Source: Chloroflexota bacterium (lineage in GTDB: Bacteria > Chloroflexota > UBA4733). Taken from it: DNA of 64,000 nucleotides. This document shows, one piece after another, positions 28,107-37,626 of this stretch; position 1 is the stretch's first letter, and each line of letters begins with the position of its first letter. The stretch lies in contig JAMCRV010000091.1 in assembly GCA_023381555.1 (NCBI GenBank), positions 9,556 through 73,555 of the forward strand. Direction: 5' to 3'. The notes below the pieces were generated by a model that saw only the letters and a list, made by a program, of their open reading frames with translations, was not told the origin of the DNA and searched no databases. The translations under genes and the position numbers were made by a program.

Positions 28107-29561
28107 ATGAGCAGCTCAAGACGGACCCCCATGACCCCGGCGCAGAAGCGCGTGCGCCGGGCAGTGCTTGCCGGCATCGCTGCATCAGGACTAGCCGTTG
28201 GCGGTGCCGCAGCGCACATCGCCCTCCCCGTTCTCGACCGGTTCTTCGGCCGCCGCAATGGAGACTACTCCACTGGTCCCACACCCGTTCCCACCGCATT
28301 TGTGGATACCGGTCCGACACTCGTCCGCGCCGCCGCTACGCCGACTCCAGTGACTCCAGGGAAAAACGGCACTCTCACGTTCTGGTATTCGATCCCAGAT
28401 CTCGGTAAAGAGCGCACTGCGCACGCGGCCGTGTGGCAGAGCCTACGTGAGCAAAAAGGTATAGGGCTTGCCGCATCATCCATCGCTTCAACGCCACAAC
28501 ACGACCTCGAGCAAGTGCTGGCAGCGGCGGTGGCCGCACAACAACCTCCAGATATCGTCTGCGTACCGCGGTATTTTGCAGGCAGCTTGAGCTGGCGCCA
28601 GTTGCTGACAGATGTATCGACACTGGCGCGCAAGAATAGCATCAGTGCCACGCAGTTCTACCCAGCCAGCTGGGCCGAATCTACTCTCGACCGCCAGCTG
28701 TATGGTCTACCGTTTGGTGCGGACGCGCGGGCCGTCTGGGCTAAAATCAGCTTCTATGCGGGCGAGCGCAACCCACCTTTCGACCTCAACACCGGCCCGA
28801 CCACCCTGCAGCAACTCGTGGCAGCAGGCGGTAAGCCGCGACCTTCCGGTAACGGATCGCTCTGGGGTTACTCTCCCTTCGGAGGTGAAAATCACCCCTA
28901 CACATGGGGCATACCTTTTGGGGCCCGCTGGTACCAGGAGCAGACCCATCGCTACGTATCGTCCGCCTCCGCTGAAACAACGACACTCGGCTGGGTCCAG
29001 CAGTTTCTCGCTGATGGGCGGCCTCCGCAAGCTCCCGGTGCCCTTCCTCCTGTGTTGACTTCGCGCTTGAACGTGCTGGTCTACTCTCAATCCCTGCTCG
29101 CCGACCTAGGTCTCGACGAGCGGTCTCCAGACTGGAAAGTCACGCCCTTGCCCAATGCCGATGCTCCTGGCACCGCCGCAGTATGGTCGAGCGGCTATTT
29201 GCTAAGCCTCGCCAGCGGTGCCAAGAGGCTAGAAGCAGCATGGTCAGCCATCCAGCTCTACGCCAGCGCTGCCAGCTTCCTCATCTACGTGAGAGCAGGC
29301 GGGCGGAGAGTGCTCCCAGCGCTCCCTTCGCTCGCTACCAATAAGGAGATTCTCAAGATCGCTCCTTACACATCGCTGTTCCTGTCGCTCCTTCCCTCAG
29401 CTTGGGCCCTTCCAACAACGTCGGAGAGCTGGCTCGCCTACCGGACACTCGGAAACGCCGCCTACGCGCTGGGCCTCGGTGCCGGTTCGCCAGCCCGGCT
29501 CTTCACCGAGGCCGACGCAACGATCGACGCGGCGCTCCGCCACGATGGCTGGAGCGGCTGA
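28107..29561 (+). CDS. Putative secreted extracellular solute-binding protein (SBP_bac_1-like), orphan.
   Basis: The N-terminus has RR and a hydrophobic anchor (RRAVLAGIAASGLAVGGAAA). It has LTFWYSIP, DIVCVP and LYGLPFGADA patterns typical of family-1 sugar-binding proteins. No permease genes are adjacent. Confidence 0.4.
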   Translation: MSSSRRTPMTPAQKRVRRAVLAGIAASGLAVGGAAAHIALPVLDRFFGRRNGDYSTGPTPVPTAFVDTGPTLVRAAATPTPVTPGKNGTLTFWYSIPDLGKERTAHAAVWQSLREQKGIGLAASSIASTPQHDLEQVLAAAVAAQQPPDIVCVPRYFAGSLSWRQLLTDVSTLARKNSISATQFYPASWAESTLDRQLYGLPFGADARAVWAKISFYAGERNPPFDLNTGPTTLQQLVAAGGKPRPSGNGSLWGYSPFGGENHPYTWGIPFGARWYQEQTHRYVSSASAETTTLGWVQQFLADGRPPQAPGALPPVLTSRLNVLVYSQSLLADLGLDERSPDWKVTPLPNADAPGTAAVWSSGYLLSLASGAKRLEAAWSAIQLYASAASFLIYVRAGGRRVLPALPSLATNKEILKIAPYTSLFLSLLPSAWALPTTSESWLAYRTLGNAAYALGLGAGSPARLFTEADATIDAALRHDGWSG

Positions 29562-29738
29562 ACGCCGCGACTACTTCAGTAGTGGACCCGTGCAAGGCTG
29601 CGGTGTGTCATGACAGTCGATCGGCAACTGTAGCACGCCAATCCGCCGGGTTTCAGAAACTCCAGTAATCACCGCACAACCGTCTGACAGCACGCGTGCT
29701 AGCTTGGTTCCCAAGCGTGGCCGGCACGCTCCGCCAGC

Positions 29739-31211
29739 TCAAAACTCTGGAGCTGGGGCCTCTTCCGCCACTGAATCTGCCGCAAGCTGAGCACGCAGCT
29801 GGGTCGCGAAAGCGAGCGCTCGCTCCGGCGCGGTACCGACGTGTCCAGACGGATCGAGCAGGCGGGCCACTTCGGCACGTACCGTGGGATACGACTCCTC
29901 GAACCGGCCAGATTCCAGCGCACGCACCGCAATACGGTCGACTAACGGGTTCGGCTCACCCCCCTGCAGCGCACCCCACGCCTCCAGCGCTGCATGCCGG
30001 ATCAGCTCGTGTAGCTCTTGCCTACTGAAGCCGCGCTGCTGCACCCACGCCATGAGAAGCCGCTCCGTGCCGGCGAACGGGCCGAAGCGATCAAGATTCC
30101 GCTGCAAGGCATCGCGGTGCACGTCGAGGTGCGAGACGACATAGCGCAAGCCGATGAGCACTTCATCCACCGCGAGAAAGGCTTCGGGAAACACGAGTCT
30201 CCGTGCAGCCGAATCATCCAGCGTCCGCTCTAGAAGGCTATGCGCTGCGTTGCCATACGCCACGGCCGGAAGGGCCATCACATAGCGAGCCAGCGAACAT
30301 ACACGCTCCGTCGTGCGCGGATTGCGCTTGAACGGCATTGCCGAAGACCCGACTTGACCCGCGCCGAACGGTTCCGCCACTTCACCGAATCCGGGAGACT
30401 GCAGCACCCGGACATCGAACGCAAAGCGGTACGCTGACTGCGCGATTCCGGCGAGAGTGTTGATCACCAGCACATCTTGCTTCCGCGGATACGTTTGACC
30501 ATCGATCAAGAACGCAGGTAAACCCAGGCGGTTCAGCACCCCCTCTTCGAGCGCTGATGCACCACCGTCCCGGCCTTCCAGAAGAAATGCGTAACTCGCT
30601 GCTGTCCCCACAGCGCCTTTGAGGCCCTTACCGCGCAATGACGATGTGAGCCAGTGCAGCTGCTGGAGATCAACCAGGAAGTCTTGAGCGTAGAGGGCCA
30701 GGCGGTACCCGAGCGTGGTCGGCTCAGCAGGTTGAAGATGCGTGTACGCCATGCACACGGTGCGGGCATACCGTTCGATGAGAGCCGCGAGGTCACTGAG
30801 CAGCCCTTCCACTTTCTTCGCAATCACATTCAGCGATTCGCGCTCTCGGAGTACATCAGCATTGTCTTCAATGTCAGCCGACGTAGCCCCAAGATGGATC
30901 TTGCCTCCGCCGACGGAGGCCTGCTCAGCGAACGCGCGAATTTCGGCCATCACATCGTGGCGTGTCTCTCGCTCAATGGCGTGCGCCCGTTCGAGGTCGA
31001 TCTCCTCTGCATGTGCCTCAATATCTTGGAGCTCCTCGGCCGTGACCAGCCCGAATCGGTGTTGCTCACGGGCCAGCGCTACCCAGATGCGGCGCCAGAG
31101 CAGACGGTAGTGTTCTTCAGACCAAATCCGGCGAAGCTCCGCACTTCCGTAACGCCAGGTGAATGGCGACAAGTAATCGTGGTGTGTGAAACTCTCGCCG
31201 GAGCCAGCCAT
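29739..31211 (-). CDS. purB: Adenylosuccinate lyase.
   Basis: Fumarate-lyase family signatures are present (HLGATSADIEDNADVL, GSSAMPFKRNP), and the PurB N-terminus is FTWRYGSAELRRIWSEE. Confidence 0.9.
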   Translation of the reverse strand: MAGSGESFTHHDYLSPFTWRYGSAELRRIWSEEHYRLLWRRIWVALAREQHRFGLVTAEELQDIEAHAEEIDLERAHAIERETRHDVMAEIRAFAEQASVGGGKIHLGATSADIEDNADVLRERESLNVIAKKVEGLLSDLAALIERYARTVCMAYTHLQPAEPTTLGYRLALYAQDFLVDLQQLHWLTSSLRGKGLKGAVGTAASYAFLLEGRDGGASALEEGVLNRLGLPAFLIDGQTYPRKQDVLVINTLAGIAQSAYRFAFDVRVLQSPGFGEVAEPFGAGQVGSSAMPFKRNPRTTERVCSLARYVMALPAVAYGNAAHSLLERTLDDSAARRLVFPEAFLAVDEVLIGLRYVVSHLDVHRDALQRNLDRFGPFAGTERLLMAWVQQRGFSRQELHELIRHAALEAWGALQGGEPNPLVDRIAVRALESGRFEESYPTVRAEVARLLDPSGHVGTAPERALAFATQLRAQLAADSVAEEAPAPEF

Positions 31212-31301
31212 GCCCGTCCCCTCGCCTTGCCTGTACTAACAACGGTCATTGTACGGCGGCAGCGTGAATGACCCGGACGGTATTTACGATAATCAGAAGA
31301 A

Positions 31302-32549
31302 TCAATCCGTGGCGTGCCAAACGATGCTCGCACCTTGTGCCGGAGTCGTGATGAATGTCCTGGGGATACGGCCGAAGTGCTGCCGGAATACGTCTCGAAC
31401 CGTACGGCTCCAATGGTTCACCGCACGTTGCTCCACGAGCGTCACAGTAGAACCGCCAAATCCACCGCCCGTCATACGGCTGCCAACAACGCCACGTACA
31501 CCCCGTCCTGCCTCGACGAGGGTATCAAGCTCGGGAATACTCACCTCGTAGTCGTCGCGCAAGCTCGTGTGAGAGGCATACATCAGCTCGCCCACACGAT
31601 CCAGCGCTTCTGCACGCAGCGCCGCCACCGTCTCCAGCACGCGCGCATTTTCGGTAACTACGTGCCGGCAGCGCCTTCGCACTGGATCTATGAGCGTGTG
31701 CTCATGCCGCACAAAGTCTTCAACAGACACATCTCGGAGAGCGCGAATGCCGGGCAGCACAGCCGCTAAGGCGGCAACCCCTAGCTCACACTCAGCTCGG
31801 CGACGGTTGTACTCTGATGCCACCAGCCCGTGCTCCACCCCTGTGTCTGCGACGCCGATGACGAAGCCATCGGGTAGCGGCACGTACTCATAAGCCTGAG
31901 TGCGGCAATCCAGCAACAGCAAGTGCTGCGCTTGCGCCAGGCCACTCACAAACTGGTCCATAATTCCTGTACGCACACCAACGAACTCGTTCTCGACTCG
32001 TTGACATAAGAGAGCGAGTGTCGTGGTGGCGCGGCTCGTCTCCGCCAGGCTCAGTAATGCTGTACCCGTTGCCATTTCCAGGGCTGCCGAGCTCGACACA
32101 CCAGCTCCAAGTGGGACCGTGCTGGCGATTGCGAGGTCTGCGCCGGCGATTGGCACTCCCGCTTCAGGAAGCAGCTTTGTGAGCCCGCGCAGATAGTTGC
32201 TCCACGGTTGATCGGCAGATTGCTCGACGTCACGGAGATACCACTGAGCGCCGCTGCGGAGAGTCGCTGAGTACGCTCGCACCTGCCCATCTACGCGCGC
32301 TCGCGCAGCAACCAGGGTATCTCGCTGGATGGCAAGCGGGAGAACAAAGCCGTCATTGTAGTCCGTGTGCTCGCCGATGAGGTTGACACGCCCCGGAGCC
32401 CGCGTTATGACGGATGGTGCAACACCGAACTGCCGGGTGAAGACGCGCTGCAAGTGCGCCACCCGCTCCTCGAGAGGCTGGGGCATGCCTCTCCCTAGAT
32501 CCCGGACACCGGCTCGGCTTCCACGCTCGTTCACCGTCACTGTTCCCAT
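31302..32549 (-). CDS. galK: Galactokinase (GHMP kinase).
   Basis: The GalK signature APGRVNLIGEHTDYNDGFVLP is present, along with the GHMP ATP motif region PLGAGVSSSAALE. Confidence 0.9.
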   Translation of the reverse strand: MGTVTVNERGSRAGVRDLGRGMPQPLEERVAHLQRVFTRQFGVAPSVITRAPGRVNLIGEHTDYNDGFVLPLAIQRDTLVAARARVDGQVRAYSATLRSGAQWYLRDVEQSADQPWSNYLRGLTKLLPEAGVPIAGADLAIASTVPLGAGVSSSAALEMATGTALLSLAETSRATTTLALLCQRVENEFVGVRTGIMDQFVSGLAQAQHLLLLDCRTQAYEYVPLPDGFVIGVADTGVEHGLVASEYNRRRAECELGVAALAAVLPGIRALRDVSVEDFVRHEHTLIDPVRRRCRHVVTENARVLETVAALRAEALDRVGELMYASHTSLRDDYEVSIPELDTLVEAGRGVRGVVGSRMTGGGFGGSTVTLVEQRAVNHWSRTVRDVFRQHFGRIPRTFITTPAQGASIVWHATD

Positions 32550-32661
32550 CTGCAGCCTGATCCGTGCCCATCTCCTAGAGCGTATCTGTAGCGATTACCA
32601 GTGCAGCCAGCGTACCCTCACAGGCTTGTTGGGAGTGCTCTCGAGCGTCAGGACCTGGGGA

Positions 32662-32904
32662 TCACCAGGAAAGATGTCGAGCATGTTGTCGCTCCACCTT
32701 GCCTCGGAGTCTGTCATCACCTAGATCCTCGTTCCGTCCCACGAATGGGTCTGGAATGGCCCGAGCCGCTACGAGGTCCTGGTATACCGTGCCGGGTACC
32801 TGGGCAGGGATCCAACCATCGGGCTGGCTTAAGTCAGCGACGACGTGGCGCTCCCCTGTCTGCTGTTTCAGCGACCATCCAGTGTGTAGATAACGCCGAA
32901 GCAT
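32662..32904 (-). pseudogene. N-terminal ~80-aa remnant of a GH2-family glycoside hydrolase (beta-galactosidase/beta-mannosidase-like).
   Basis: WSLKQQTGERHVVADLSQPDGWIPAQVPGTVYQDLVAARAIPDPFVGRNEDL matches the GH2 N-terminal sugar-binding domain start. It terminates after ~80 aa, only 110 bp upstream of galK. Confidence 0.5.
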
Positions 32905-33019
32905 CCCAATGGCTCCTTCTCTCGGCGACAGTGCGGCTACAACCCTCGTCCCGAAGTGCCGGCCCCGGCCAATAACCGGCGGTCGCACGTACGTGCCGTC
33001 CGGACCGGCAACCAAGGTC

Positions 33020-33718
33020 TTAGTTCCCACGGTCCTTCCCGACACCCAGCGCCACAGAATCTGGAGACTCCTGTGGCCGTGCCGCGACGTAGAAGACAGC
33101 AACCGCTGCGACGAGCTGACTCTGGACGTCAGCGATCGAGCCACGCCCATCGACGAATTCCACTAACCCCCGGCTGAGATACCACTGAACGACGGGCTCA
33201 CTGCGTTTGACGTAGACCTTCAGTCTATGCTGCACTGTCGCCGGTGCATCGTCGAGCCGCTGTGCCAGACCATTGCCACACACATCGCAAATCCACGGCA
33301 CCTTCGGTGGATCGATCGTGAGACTGAAAATTGCACCACACTGAGGACACGTCAACCGCTCTGCTGCACGTTGGAGCAGGTCCGCCTCTGGCACGTTCAG
33401 CACCAACACTCGGTCTACACGGATGCCAAGGTCCTCGAGCGTCTCGGCTTGGGCCACCGTGCGTGGATAGCCATCAAGCAGGACGTCGTGCGCATTCATA
33501 CGCTCGATGACGAGATTCGTCACAAGGTCGTCTGGTACGTATTCGCCTCGAGCAAGAAAATCGCTAACCTTACGTCCCCGTTCAGAGTGCTCTTGAGAGA
33601 TTTCCCGAAGCAGGTTGCCCGTTGCGAGATGCAAGAGAGAGAAACGTTCAGCGAGCAACTGGGCCTGCGTGCCCTTCCCTGCCTGCGGAGGTCCCATAAT
33701 GAGGAAGTGTCGGGGCAT
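33020..33718 (-). CDS. adk: Adenylate kinase (long type with zinc lid).
   Basis: The P-loop GPPQAGKGTQA is present and the LID domain has CPQCG...CDVCG. Confidence 0.95.
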   Translation of the reverse strand: MPRHFLIMGPPQAGKGTQAQLLAERFSLLHLATGNLLREISQEHSERGRKVSDFLARGEYVPDDLVTNLVIERMNAHDVLLDGYPRTVAQAETLEDLGIRVDRVLVLNVPEADLLQRAAERLTCPQCGAIFSLTIDPPKVPWICDVCGNGLAQRLDDAPATVQHRLKVYVKRSEPVVQWYLSRGLVEFVDGRGSIADVQSQLVAAVAVFYVAARPQESPDSVALGVGKDRGN

Positions 33719-33842
33719 GTCTCTGACTCTGTCCCTTCTGCACCCACGAAGGCGGCGGCACTGACGCCTCCCGCAGGAGAGCTCAGCGGTAGTCTAACAG
33801 CCGTACCGCCTCGCACAGTGTGAAGACGATACGGCACACATC

Positions 33843-35033
33843 TCAGTCTGTGAGTTCCACCCCACCTTGATATGCTCCTAAGAACTCCTGCTCATACTCA
33901 TCAAGACGCCCTTGTACGATCGCGCTCCGGATATCCCGAACCAGGCGTACACAGAAGTGCACGTTGTGCACTGTGGCAAGGTGCGGCCCGAGGGCTTCCT
34001 CGGCTTTGAACAAGTGACGCAAGTACGCTCGTGAAAACGAACAACAAGTGTAGCAGTTGCACGAAGAATCAGGCGGCCGGCTGTCTGCCGTCCACGCTGC
34101 GCTCGCGAGACGAAGGCGACCACGTCGTGTGAAGAGCGTACCGTGCCGTGCCAGACGCGTGGGGAGCACACAGTCGAACATATCGATACCGCGGCGAACA
34201 ACCATGAAGAAACTCTCAGGGTCACCGACCCCCATTGCGTAGTGCGGCCTGTCATGAGGCAGCAAGGGCCCGATCCAGTCCAGAATAGTTGCAGTCATGC
34301 CGCGTGAGTAGCCGATAGACTCCCCACCCACAGCGACTCCAGGAAGGTCAAGCCCCGTCACGAAGCGAGCGCTCTCCTCCCGCAGCCTGCGGCTATTACC
34401 GCCCTGAATGATTCCGAACAATGCTTGGGGGGGCTGATCGTGCTTGTTCGATTCCTGCTCGTGCCACCGTGCGACGCATCGCTCCAGCCACGCATGGGTC
34501 CGGCGCAACGACCGCTCTGCCTCTTCTTCATCGTTATCATCGCGAGAGCACTCGTCAAGCGCCATGATGATGTCAGCTCCGATGAGCGTCTGCACGTCGA
34601 CCGAACGCTCAGGGCTGATGAACTGACGCGACCCGTCTATTGGCGAAGTAAACCAGACTCCCTCGTCGGTGACTTTGACCAGGCTCCCTTGGGCACCTTC
34701 GCGCCTACGTGGGTTCGCCAGACTAAAGATCTGGAAGCCACCGCTGTCGGTGAGGAGTGACCGGCTCCATCCCATGAACTGATGAAGGCCACCGTGCTCC
34801 CGCAGAGCCTCTGCCCCTGGCCGGAGCGTTAGATGATAGGCATTCGCTAGAAGAATCTGCACCGCCGAGTCCACGAGATCCCGGGGAGTCAACGTCTTGA
34901 CCGTTGCTTGCGTGCCCACGGGCATGAAGACCGGTGTCTCGATGGCACCGTGGGGGGTCCATAAGGTGCCCGCGCGGGCCAGTGCTCCGGGAGCACGTGC
35001 TTCTACAGTGAAGCGAAACAGTGAAGGGTCCAC
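33843..35033 (-). CDS. tgt: Queuine tRNA-ribosyltransferase.
   Basis: Tgt signatures are present (HGAIETPVFMPVGTQATVK, LLANAYHL, zinc site CNCYTCCSF...H). The conserved start is probably a GTG at ~35033; the ORF track extends to 35198 and overlaps proS. Confidence 0.88.
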   Translation of the reverse strand: MDPSLFRFTVEARAPGALARAGTLWTPHGAIETPVFMPVGTQATVKTLTPRDLVDSAVQILLANAYHLTLRPGAEALREHGGLHQFMGWSRSLLTDSGGFQIFSLANPRRREGAQGSLVKVTDEGVWFTSPIDGSRQFISPERSVDVQTLIGADIIMALDECSRDDNDEEEAERSLRRTHAWLERCVARWHEQESNKHDQPPQALFGIIQGGNSRRLREESARFVTGLDLPGVAVGGESIGYSRGMTATILDWIGPLLPHDRPHYAMGVGDPESFFMVVRRGIDMFDCVLPTRLARHGTLFTRRGRLRLASAAWTADSRPPDSSCNCYTCCSFSRAYLRHLFKAEEALGPHLATVHNVHFCVRLVRDIRSAIVQGRLDEYEQEFLGAYQGGVELTD

Positions 35034-35061
35034 CTCGTTGCTAGCTTCCCGTCGAGATCCT

Positions 35062-36495
35062 CTAGTAAGCCTTCGCGACAGCCACGCGATGCTGCGGCTG
35101 TCCGCCACATACTGCGCACCGCCCAGTCGGTGTCGACAGTGTCTCGTCGAGCGGGATGCACCGGATGGTCGCTTTGAAATCTGCCAGCCGGAGCTCACAT
35201 TCCTCGCCCCCGCACCAGTTCATCAAGTAGAAGCCTGATTGCTCATCGAGCTTTTCGAGATCGGCCAGAGTTGTCGCCGCGAACGTGTGCTCGTCGCGGA
35301 ACCGCAGAGCTCGTTGAAACAAGCCGATCTGAATCTCTTCGAGTAGCGCCGGGATCGATGCTTTCAACGTTTCGAGACTCAGCGGCGCCTTTTCCGCTGT
35401 ATCTCGCCGTGCTGCCACGACCTGATGCCGTTGGATGTCGCGCGGTCCCAGCTCAAGGCGGAGCGGAACGCCACGCAACTCCCAATCGTTGAACTTGAAT
35501 CCCGGGGTGACTTCCTCGCGCGAATCGACCTGAACGCGCACACCAGCTACCTTGAGATCAGCTGCTATTCCACCGGCCGCTGCGAGAATCTGCGCCCGCT
35601 GCTCATCGGAGCGTGCAATAGGAACGATGACTACTTGGATCGGTGCCAGGCGCGGTGGCAAGAGCAGCCCCTTACGATCGCCGTGCGCGAGCACTAGCGC
35701 ACCGAGCAGGCGCGTTGTGACTGCCCAGCTGGTCGACCAGGGCCACCGTCGCACGCCATCCCGATCGAGGAACCAGACGTCAAACGCCTGGGCAAAGTTC
35801 TGGCCAAGATCGTGACTGGTGCCCATCTGCAACGCTTTACCGTCCCTCATGAGCGATTCGACAGTGTACGTATCCCGTGCTCCAGCGAAGCGCTCCCGCG
35901 GTGACTTGCGCCCAGGAAGAACCGGGATGGCAAGCAGGTCCTGGATGAGATGCGTGTAGATATCGAGAATCAGCCGGGCCTCAGCGACTGCCTCGTCCGG
36001 CGTGGCGTGGGCGGTATGACCCTCTTGCCACAGGAACTCCATGGACCGCAGAAATGGACGGGTCCGAAGCTCCCAGCGGACCACGTTACACCACTGATTG
36101 ATGAGTAAAGGCAGATCGCGGTAGCTCTGCACCCAGCTGCGGTAGGTATCGTAGATGATTGTCTCTGACGTTGGCCGCACGACCAGAGGCTCAGCCAGCT
36201 CCTGACCTCCTCCGTGGGTCACCACAGCCAGTTGAGGCGCAAAGCCCTCAACGTGCTCTTTCTCTTTCTGGATGAAGCTCAGTGGAATGAAAAGGGGAAA
36301 GTACGCATTCTGGTGGTTGGTCGCCTTGAGACGATCATCGAGCCAACGCTGCATATTCTCCCAGATGCTGTAGGCGTAGGGGCGAATCACTACACACCCG
36401 CGCACCGCCGAGTAGTCGGCTAGCTGGGCCTTCACAATGACGTCGCTGTACCACTCCGCTATATCCCCCTCTTGCAGTTCCTCGAGTTCCGCCAC
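35062..36495 (-). CDS. proS: Prolyl-tRNA synthetase, archaeal/eukaryotic-like type.
   Basis: 477 aa. The N-terminus is typical of archaeal-type ProRS (EWYSDVIVKAQLADYSAVRGCVVIRPYAYSIWENMQ...NAYFPLFIP) and it has a C-terminal zinc-binding domain. There is no bacterial insertion domain. Confidence 0.9.
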   Translation of the reverse strand: MAELEELQEGDIAEWYSDVIVKAQLADYSAVRGCVVIRPYAYSIWENMQRWLDDRLKATNHQNAYFPLFIPLSFIQKEKEHVEGFAPQLAVVTHGGGQELAEPLVVRPTSETIIYDTYRSWVQSYRDLPLLINQWCNVVRWELRTRPFLRSMEFLWQEGHTAHATPDEAVAEARLILDIYTHLIQDLLAIPVLPGRKSPRERFAGARDTYTVESLMRDGKALQMGTSHDLGQNFAQAFDVWFLDRDGVRRWPWSTSWAVTTRLLGALVLAHGDRKGLLLPPRLAPIQVVIVPIARSDEQRAQILAAAGGIAADLKVAGVRVQVDSREEVTPGFKFNDWELRGVPLRLELGPRDIQRHQVVAARRDTAEKAPLSLETLKASIPALLEEIQIGLFQRALRFRDEHTFAATTLADLEKLDEQSGFYLMNWCGGEECELRLADFKATIRCIPLDETLSTPTGRCAVCGGQPQHRVAVAKAY

Positions 36496-36815
36496 CGATT
36501 CTCCGTTCTTCGGCTACCAATGCTGCTCTATTGTGCCACGCCTCCAGCTCGTCAGCGCCGGCCACAGCCACATCTCTAGGCTTCACGCCGTGGTCCCGTC
36601 ATCGTGTGGTGACTGCCAGATGACTGACGTTCCAAGGTGGTCTCAAAGGTAGATCCCCGTCTTCCTATCGCTGGCTATGCATCTCTGTTTCGACACTCTA
36701 CTCCTGTGCGCACCGCTCCTGCCGTGGCCAGCATTGTAGAGGCACCGGGCTGTGCGACAGGAGGTAGCATAATAAGAAGAGCCGGTCGTGCGATCATAGG
36801 AAGAGTGAGCAACCA

Positions 36816-37358
36816 GTGCGCTGGCGGGTCATTCGAGCTATTCTGTTGGGCTGCGCCGCCTTTCTGCTCGCCTTTGGCGCAGTTCTAGTCGTCGGCGCCC
36901 ACCAACGTGCAGCCCTCAGCGCCCCCGTGACGGTGCCAAGCCAGCTTACCGATCATCCTGCCCCTGGCTGGGTGCTCACAGGCACACAGGGACAAACCAT
37001 CACCCTGTCGAGCTTCTCTGGGGGGCCACTCCTCATCAACTTCTGGGCGACGTGGTGCCATCCTTGCAAGCAAGAGCTTCCGCTTCTGCAACGCTATGCC
37101 GCCCACGCTAGATCAGCTCGAGTAGTAGGCATCGACGAGCTCGAAGGCATCAGCCTCGTTGCTCCATTCGTGCACGACGCTGGCATCAGCTACCCCATCG
37201 CTCTCGACAAAGATGGCAGCGTTGGCAGGAGCTACGGAGTTGCTGGTCTGCCGACCACTATCGCGATTGATCGACACGGCATCGTGCGCGCCGTGCATCT
37301 CGGACAGCTCACTGAGAACGATCTGATAACACTGGCGCGGCTAGCGACGAGCTCCTAA
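36816..37358 (+). CDS. TlpA/ResA-like thiol-disulfide oxidoreductase (thioredoxin fold), membrane-anchored.
   Basis: It has an N-terminal transmembrane helix and an LINFWATWCHPCKQELP active site (WCxxC). Confidence 0.8.
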   Translation: MRWRVIRAILLGCAAFLLAFGAVLVVGAHQRAALSAPVTVPSQLTDHPAPGWVLTGTQGQTITLSSFSGGPLLINFWATWCHPCKQELPLLQRYAAHARSARVVGIDELEGISLVAPFVHDAGISYPIALDKDGSVGRSYGVAGLPTTIAIDRHGIVRAVHLGQLTENDLITLARLATSS

Positions 37359-37626
37359 TCCTACAGTCGCACTTATTTTCCCGTCCTCTGTTGAAGGTTG
37401 GTCATCGAAGCGATCTGGTGCTGCTGCTTCCTCTGGCGCGCCCGGGCGTCGTGGACCAAGTGAGACTGTTAGGACTAACCAACAGTGCAACGCCGTCCGT
37501 CCAGCACCTCGACGAATTGAGCGCGATCGTTGAGTCTAGCTTTCATGATGTTGTTGCTACGCGCCTTTACCGTGGATTGGAGGCTGCACCTCCATCCAGA
37601 GAGGAGCCTGCTCTCCACGGCGAATG

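Noticed and set aside
36496-36815. A possible T-box leader upstream of proS.
   Set aside because: The conserved T-box sequence (AATTAGGGTGGTACCGCG-like) and a specifier-loop architecture were not found on the reverse strand.
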